From positions 1-38,494 of IMG/VR virus record IMGVR_UViG_3300032103_000069: a stretch of 38,494 nt of DNA; one strand, written 5' to 3'. Each line of letters opens with the position of its first letter. Within the stretch, counting starts at the first letter, position 1. Made by a program: the position numbers and the translations under genes. This DNA comes from a virus (taxonomy: Duplodnaviria; Caudoviricetes). Below are positions 34,201 to 38,494 of this stretch, piece after piece. The notes beneath the pieces were generated by a model, which did no database searches, was not told the origin of the DNA, and saw only the letters and a list, made by a program, of their open reading frames with translations.

Positions 34201-34551
34201 TCAGGGCTTGATGACGGAGGGGACATAGAATCCGGCGCCGGGGCGACGATCGCCTTCGGAGGTTCGCTCTCGTTCCCAGCGAAGGATTTTGATGCCTTGA
34301 CCGGGAAACTTAAACTGGAGGGACTGGCCGACCATCATCGAGCCAACCCAATCGCCGCCGAGGAAGAGCAGGTAGTCCTCGGTCGGGTCGAAATTGACGA
34401 GGGCCTTGTCGATTTGCCACCGAGCGATTCCGGGGCGAACACTCGGCTGGAATCTGGCGTCGTCAAAGATGAAGTGGATGGTCCCATATCGATGAGCGGA
34501 TGAGAGGTCTTTGTCTCGATACGGAGGTTGGATCACAAAAACCTTGGGCAT
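34201..34551 (-). CDS. Conserved phage hypothetical protein (small alpha/beta fold)
   Basis: KVFVIQ....D.S.A.RYG.I, F....DYLL..G and L.W.R......Y.P motifs; AAAGGA RBS. Confidence 0.75.
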   Translation of the reverse strand: MPKVFVIQPPYRDKDLSSAHRYGTIHFIFDDARFQPSVRPGIARWQIDKALVNFDPTEDYLLFLGGDWVGSMMVGQSLQFKFPGQGIKILRWERERTSEGDRRPGAGFYVPSVIKP

Positions 34552-34571
34552 CTGGTGTCCTTTCTGCCGCC

Positions 34572-34600
34572 AGTGTATACGGCACCCGCTTAGGTAGCAA
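34572..34600 (-). promoter_or_regulatory. Putative sigma70 early/middle promoter
   Basis: Minus strand TTGCTA, 17-bp spacer, TACACT, just upstream of the RBS of 34551. Confidence 0.55.
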
Positions 34601-34871
34601 GCGCCCTCTGGAGCATAATCAGATCACCTTCCGACATGGTGTAGTAAAACCACGGCTGATCCGGGGCTTCCCGACGACGAGCAATCAGTTCTCCATTGGC
34701 AACGGTGATCGTCGGCCGACCGGGGTTGGAGAGTTCTATGTACTCCAGATCCCCCGCCCAATCGCTGGGATTTTCGTGAAGCCAATCCACGAACGCATCG
34801 GTGACCTCGTCTTCCGGATCCATCGGGAGGCGGTAGACTTCGCAAAGCGGGTGAGCGATCAGAGGTTTCAT
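34590..34871 (-). CDS. Hypothetical protein
   Basis: ATGA overlap with the upstream gene; 93 aa. Confidence 0.6.
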   Translation of the reverse strand: MKPLIAHPLCEVYRLPMDPEDEVTDAFVDWLHENPSDWAGDLEYIELSNPGRPTITVANGELIARRREAPDQPWFYYTMSEGDLIMLQRALAT

Positions 34872-35149
34872 TTGTGGTTTTTTTCAGAGAATCCGCTGGT
34901 GATGAGGCGGTTGTAGAGGTTAGCTGCATCTTTACGTGAATACACTCCATCGACCTCGTGTGTGGCAAGACGATTCACAGTCCTGACGCGAATCATGTGG
35001 GATTGGCTGGTTCGGTAGAAATGGGCCATGAGCCTGAACCCGTTGTCCTCGGCCTCCAGAACTGCCGACGGAAAAGGGTCACACTCGATCATATGTCGGC
35101 TGGCAAGCCTTGTCGCTTGCCAGCAACTCAGAGCCTCCGACGGTGTCAT
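34868..35149 (-). CDS. Hypothetical protein
   Basis: Start moved to ATG 35149, 1 nt after the stop of the small membrane ORF; ATGA-coupled downstream. Confidence 0.55.
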   Translation of the reverse strand: MTPSEALSCWQATRLASRHMIECDPFPSAVLEAEDNGFRLMAHFYRTSQSHMIRVRTVNRLATHEVDGVYSRKDAANLYNRLITSGFSEKNHK

Positions 35150-35150
35150 T

Positions 35151-35303
35151 TCACCAGCGCCCCCAGTCACCCCGATGAGTCGGTGGAGCAGGCTCGTTGC
35201 GAAGATGTTCGCGCCGACGGACAAAGAACAAATAGACCGTCACGATCGCGAAAAGGAGGAGCAGAACCCCCCCAAGTGTCAGCGCTGCGAGAAAATAGTT
35301 CAT
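35151..35303 (-). CDS. Small single-pass membrane protein
   Basis: MNYFLAALTLGGVLLLLFAIVTVYLFFV-RRR (TM helix plus positive-inside cluster); AAAGGA RBS. Confidence 0.6.
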   Translation of the reverse strand: MNYFLAALTLGGVLLLLFAIVTVYLFFVRRREHLRNEPAPPTHRGDWGRW

Positions 35304-35335
35304 GCCTTGTGTCCTTTCACTGCTTTCAGAGGATA

Positions 35336-35355
35336 GCCCCGGCCGAAGCCGGGGC
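35336..35355 (-). terminator. cUUCGg tetraloop hairpin after the DUF932 gene
   Basis: Minus strand gccccggc-ttcg-gccggggc; no U-tract, so it may be a stabiliser or processing site. Confidence 0.55.
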
Positions 35356-35361
35356 GGATGA

Positions 35362-36297
35362 TCAGGCGGCGAGCTCGAGGAGTCGAGCCTCCACCTCCAG
35401 CTTCTGACGATGAGAATCACCAGAAAACACCGACTTGAGTCGACCCGCTCCTGGCTTGCCCCGAACGTGATCCGAATAGTGCGTCACCCCGTTCAGGATG
35501 CCGTAGGCAGTCTCCTCCGGCTCGCGCAAGGCGCCGGGGGCCTCGGCGATAGACCGCAGGATGCCCATGACGATCGATGAGTTCTCTGCGACCTTGACGT
35601 CAGGAGCGTAGACAGGGATCAGCACCTTGGTAACAGCATCCTCCACCGACAGCTTGAGGGCGTCCAGTGTCCGCCAGCGGCGCTCGGCAGCGGCGAGGTC
35701 CTCATGTGCAGCTTCCACCGCCTGACGAGCCGCCTCCACATCGAACGGAGTCAGGTGGTTTTGGCGATATCTGACCGCCATCTCCCGGTCGGCAGCAGCC
35801 ATCGTGTTCGCGCAGACGACCCGAACAGTCGTAGTGCTGACCGTGATCGACTTGCCGACTTGATGCGGCGAGGTGAGGAGGAGGTATCCGTTGATCTGAT
35901 CCCCGCGACGAACCTGGAACCCGTGGTTCAGCTTGGCCAGGCCCCAGACGATCTTCCCGTCGCGCAGGGCGCCGATAGTCTCCAGGCTGGCGCCTCCGGC
36001 CCGAACGTAACGATCCATGAAGTTGACGACATCACGGTTCTGCATCGGCTTCCAGCGCTCGCTGGCGACCGTCAGGATCGAACCATCCGTCCCCCGGACG
36101 AGGGCGAAGCGGTTCGGTACTTGGATCAGACCATCCGGCCGCTTGACGTAGGTCGGCTCCATGGAGACGGACCAGTCGAGGTTCGCGGCTTTCAGCCACT
36201 CTTCGGTGGACTGGTCAGGCTGCATCTGAACACCGATCCCGTGCCACGGGACTTCACCAGCATAGGCAATCTGCTCATTGATGATTTCGTGCGCCAT
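35362..36297 (-). CDS. DUF932-family protein
   Basis: MAHE......Y.GE.PWHG.G, A.LDW.V, QN....F, ET.G.L..GK.VW.LA and T.VRVVC.NT motifs; start moved to ATG 36297. Confidence 0.85.
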   Translation of the reverse strand: MAHEIINEQIAYAGEVPWHGIGVQMQPDQSTEEWLKAANLDWSVSMEPTYVKRPDGLIQVPNRFALVRGTDGSILTVASERWKPMQNRDVVNFMDRYVRAGGASLETIGALRDGKIVWGLAKLNHGFQVRRGDQINGYLLLTSPHQVGKSITVSTTTVRVVCANTMAAADREMAVRYRQNHLTPFDVEAARQAVEAAHEDLAAAERRWRTLDALKLSVEDAVTKVLIPVYAPDVKVAENSSIVMGILRSIAEAPGALREPEETAYGILNGVTHYSDHVRGKPGAGRLKSVFSGDSHRQKLEVEARLLELAA

Positions 36298-36346
36298 CCT
36301 AGGCTTCTTTAGTTGGGGGCAGGCGGCTGTTGCCTGCCCATGGAGT

Positions 36347-36375
36347 AGTGTAGCATACCTTTCGGTGCGGGGCAA
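36347..36375 (-). promoter_or_regulatory. Putative sigma70 early promoter
   Basis: Minus strand TTGCCC, 17-bp spacer, tgc-TACACT; followed by a leader hairpin at 36317-36339. Confidence 0.6.
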
Positions 36376-36392
36376 GAACCATTTTGTCTGAT

Positions 36393-36611
36393 CTACAGAT
36401 TTTCCAGCGGGACGAGGGAGAACCCTGCAAACGGGCGATCGAGGATCAGCCCGACTGTTCGTTCACAGCCGTCGGTATCGAGCAGAGTCACACGAAACTT
36501 GTCCAAGCCAGCGTTCGCCGATAAGCGGACAACCGTCAGTCCGGTGACTGTCTCTGTCCAGTCCATCGCCTTAAACATGGCGACCACTTCTGATCTCAGA
36601 AGGTCAATCAT
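36393..36611 (-). CDS. Hypothetical protein
   Basis: 72 aa; overlaps the end of the glycosylase-like gene. Confidence 0.5.
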   Translation of the reverse strand: MIDLLRSEVVAMFKAMDWTETVTGLTVVRLSANAGLDKFRVTLLDTDGCERTVGLILDRPFAGFSLVPLENL

Positions 36612-37098
36612 CGGCGCTCACCCAGGCCGGGGGGCTCCTTCGTTTCCAGGTGAGCACCATGTCGCGAGCCTTTATTTCACGATAGTATCTACGATAGGAA
36701 GTGACGTAGTCGGCCCCCCGCAGGCGGTCTGGCATGACCTGAGGGGGCGGAGTGTCCCCTTCCAGGGGGAACCCATGGAGGACGTATGGCATCGCACAGA
36801 CGAGCTCGGGCAGGAGGCTGGAGCTAGCATGAGCCCTGTCGTAGCGATACTCGTATTCATAGCCCAGAGCGATGAACAGGTTGAGCGTCCGTTGCCAGTT
36901 GTCAGCGCTGGTTGTCGCCCAGATCACACATGGATGGTTCGTGTGAGTGGGGGAGTAGAACGGTCTTCCCCGGACTCCTAGCCGGTCCAAGGCGGAGCAG
37001 AGGATCTGGGCTGTTTCCAGCGTCATCTTGACAACATGTTTGTCACAGTGGTATTCGGCCGCTAGGCGAGGGCAGCGGTCCAACCAAAACAGGTTCAT
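36604..37098 (-). CDS. Pyrimidine-dimer DNA glycosylase/endonuclease V-like protein
   Basis: MN.F.LD..P..AA..HCDKHVVKM.LE.AQ.L, Y..TH.NHPC..W, EY..RY...H and P..MP......V.SYR.YY...K....W..R..P.W motifs. Confidence 0.85.
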   Translation of the reverse strand: MNLFWLDRCPRLAAEYHCDKHVVKMTLETAQILCSALDRLGVRGRPFYSPTHTNHPCVIWATTSADNWQRTLNLFIALGYEYEYRYDRAHASSSLLPELVCAMPYVLHGFPLEGDTPPPQVMPDRLRGADYVTSYRRYYREIKARDMVLTWKRRSPPAWVSADD

Positions 37099-37208
37099 CG
37101 GGACTTCTGACGCAATGGGGAGACTTCTGAAGAGGGTTGCCCGCCCTTGGGCAGGGGCAGGCTAGGCCGGGCAGCGGGGGTCTTCAGAAGGTCGGATTGC
37201 GGGGTCAT
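37095..37208 (-). CDS. Possible 37-aa peptide (not in ORF track)
   Basis: MTPQSDLLKTPAARPSLPLPKGGQPSSEVSPLRQKSR; ATGA overlaps at both ends. Confidence 0.35.
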   Translation of the reverse strand: MTPQSDLLKTPAARPSLPLPKGGQPSSEVSPLRQKSR

Positions 37209-37366
37209 AGCAGCACGTTCGCTTGTCCGTTGAGCCAGATCCAGATCTGCGTTTTTGGCTGACCGTTGACAATGACCTTCATGGCGAACGAGTCGAACGA
37301 CGACCCCGGATCGTGGATCGCTCGCAGGAACACGAACTGTTCTCGAGTGATAGACAGGGTGATCAT
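37205..37366 (-). CDS. Small hypothetical protein, 53 aa (not in ORF track)
   Basis: AAAGGA RBS then MITLSITREQFVFLRAIHDPGSSFDSFAMKVIVNGQPKTQIWIWLNGQANVLL. Confidence 0.6.
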   Translation of the reverse strand: MITLSITREQFVFLRAIHDPGSSFDSFAMKVIVNGQPKTQIWIWLNGQANVLL

Positions 37367-37379
37367 GGTGTGAATCCTT

Positions 37380-37688
37380 TCAGGCTGGGACTTTGTTGTC
37401 CGCGGACTCAGTGTAAGTCAGACGAGGGCGCCTGACAAGAAGAATCAGTGGGCGACCGGAGGGTTTTTTCTTCGTCTTGGGGGCACGCTTCCCCTGTTCG
37501 TTGATGTCCTCGACACATGTGATGTTCGGAACAACAAAGGAAACCGTGAACTCTGATGTCAAGCCATAAAGCCCGACAATCCACGTCATGAGCATCACGG
37601 CTCCCTGAGGGTTCGCTTCGGAAGGAACCTTCTGAAAAGTCGTGCAAGCCGGACAGTTGCAGCGGCAAATGGCCCGGCGGCAGTTCAC
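37380..37688 (-). CDS. Hypothetical protein (start uncertain)
   Basis: GTGA overlap with the upstream gene; N-terminal C...C.C.C..C cluster; fills the gap in the early operon. Confidence 0.35.
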   Translation of the reverse strand: MNCRRAICRCNCPACTTFQKVPSEANPQGAVMLMTWIVGLYGLTSEFTVSFVVPNITCVEDINEQGKRAPKTKKKPSGRPLILLVRRPRLTYTESADNKVPA

Positions 37689-38251
37689 ACCCCCAGCTCC
37701 GGGTCGATCGGATGGGCCGTAGCCGCCAGCAAAGAGGCAGCAGCCGACCTGACAGTGACCGGGTATTCGGCCGGAGCCGTGCGATACATGGAGCCTGCGC
37801 GCAAATCCTCAATCGTGATCAGGGCCTTGTGTCGATGGTCCAGAGTCTCCCATTCGGCACGAATGCGGCGGGCGAGGGTGTCGTAGAGGTCATCCGAAAT
37901 CAGTGCGACGTTGTGGATGTGATAGGTGTAGGACGCCATCAAAAACCACGAGATCAAACCGTTCGAGGTCTTATCAATCACGACTCGACACATGCCGTCC
38001 ATCGGCAGAGGCATCGGCTCTCGGCTGGCGCGACCGGGGGGCGACGGGGGGCGCAGGCTCCTCGGCGGCTTGACCTTGGTCGGTTTGGGGTCGCTCTGGA
38101 TGCGCGGCTGGCGCGAGACGTCGGAGCTCCCCAGCCGATAGATTCGCTCCAAATGCCGGAGGTCTCTGTCGGTCTTCACTTCCTTGGCCTCCAGGAACGC
38201 CCGGTATTCGGCGCGTTCATCTGGGGTCATTTGAGTCACTGCTGTTTTCAT
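37685..38251 (-). CDS. Protein with stand-alone NAD-dependent DNA ligase subdomain Ia-like (Nlig-Ia) C-terminal domain
   Basis: L.ASY.Y......LISD..YD.LA..I...W motif; AAAGGAGG RBS; start moved to ATG 38251. Confidence 0.6.
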   Translation of the reverse strand: MKTAVTQMTPDERAEYRAFLEAKEVKTDRDLRHLERIYRLGSSDVSRQPRIQSDPKPTKVKPPRSLRPPSPPGRASREPMPLPMDGMCRVVIDKTSNGLISWFLMASYTYHIHNVALISDDLYDTLARRIRAEWETLDHRHKALITIEDLRAGSMYRTAPAEYPVTVRSAAASLLAATAHPIDPELGV

Positions 38252-38277
38252 CGGTTGCCTCCTTTCAGACAAGTGAC

Positions 38278-38307
38278 AGGGTAGCACGAGCGGGGAGCTC
38301 AGGGCAA
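38278..38307 (-). promoter_or_regulatory. Putative sigma70 early promoter
   Basis: Minus strand TTGCCC, 18-bp spacer, tgc-TACCCT; same design as the promoter at 36347-36375. Confidence 0.55.
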
Positions 38308-38439
38308 GAGCCAAGTCCCCCCACAATCGCGGCCCCCACAGAGGGGCTGCTCGTCGAACTGGTCGAGGCGATCCGGATCCGCGCTTCAGCCGCTCTATCG
38401 GAGATCAGAGGTCTGGAATTAGTTCAAATAAGTCGCTGC

Positions 38440-38494
38440 AAGATTAGAAACAAACATACCACTTGTGGTCACGCGCGGCTGGCACTAGGGTGGT
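38440..38494. repeat. 55-bp direct terminal repeat (copy 2)
   Basis: Identical to bases 1-55. Confidence 0.95.

Larger units (their letters stand above)
1..38494. mobile_element. Complete tailed bacteriophage genome (siphovirus-like, probably lytic, Gram-negative host)
   Basis: Full set of packaging, head, tail, lysis and replication genes in two arms; terminal overlap; no recognisable integrase or repressor; no tail sheath gene. Confidence 0.93.

Noticed and set aside
38440-38494. 55-bp terminal repeat as a biological direct terminal repeat or attachment site
   Set aside because: The length equals a standard assembler k-mer and there is no integrase; best explained as circular contig overlap.
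1-38494. tRNA genes, integrase, repressor, introns or inteins
   Set aside because: None recognisable by eye; polymerase, helicase and terminase are of normal length and uninterrupted. A tRNAscan/Infernal run would be needed to exclude small RNAs.

Overview
The window is an apparently complete, circularly permuted genome of a tailed dsDNA phage (siphovirus-type). It has 38,439 unique bp; bases 1-55 are repeated at 38440-38494, most likely an assembler overlap. The plus-strand arm (92-23389) encodes a Toprim primase-SF3 helicase, a putative origin with a large inverted repeat, a VRR-NUC-like nuclease, a NusG-paralogue antiterminator with a strong sigma70 promoter at its 3' end, and then terminase, portal, head, neck, tail, several fibre or receptor-binding proteins, and a holin/amidase/overlapping-spanin lysis cassette. 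The spanins imply a Gram-negative host, probably an alphaproteobacterium (inference). The minus-strand arm (38251-23409) encodes small early genes (NAD-ligase Ia-like domain, pyrimidine-dimer glycosylase-like, DUF932), an SSB-like gene, a family A DNA polymerase, an SNF2-like helicase and a Lar-like protein. It also carries a tightly coupled thymidine-modification operon: P-loop 5-hmdU kinase-like, aGPT-Pplase1-type helical protein, dUMP hydroxymethylase-like, HD nucleotidase and Nmad1/MazG-like. No integrase or repressor is evident. The most notable points are (1) a minimal thymidine hypermodification pathway lacking the tailoring enzymes of characterised systems, (2) a NusG-paralogue/late-promoter unit placed like lambda Q/pR', and (3) a tail module resembling Firmicutes-phage tails joined to a proteobacterial-type head through a double-length, apparently two-domain head-closure protein. 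All family assignments come from motif recognition by eye; no database searches were run.
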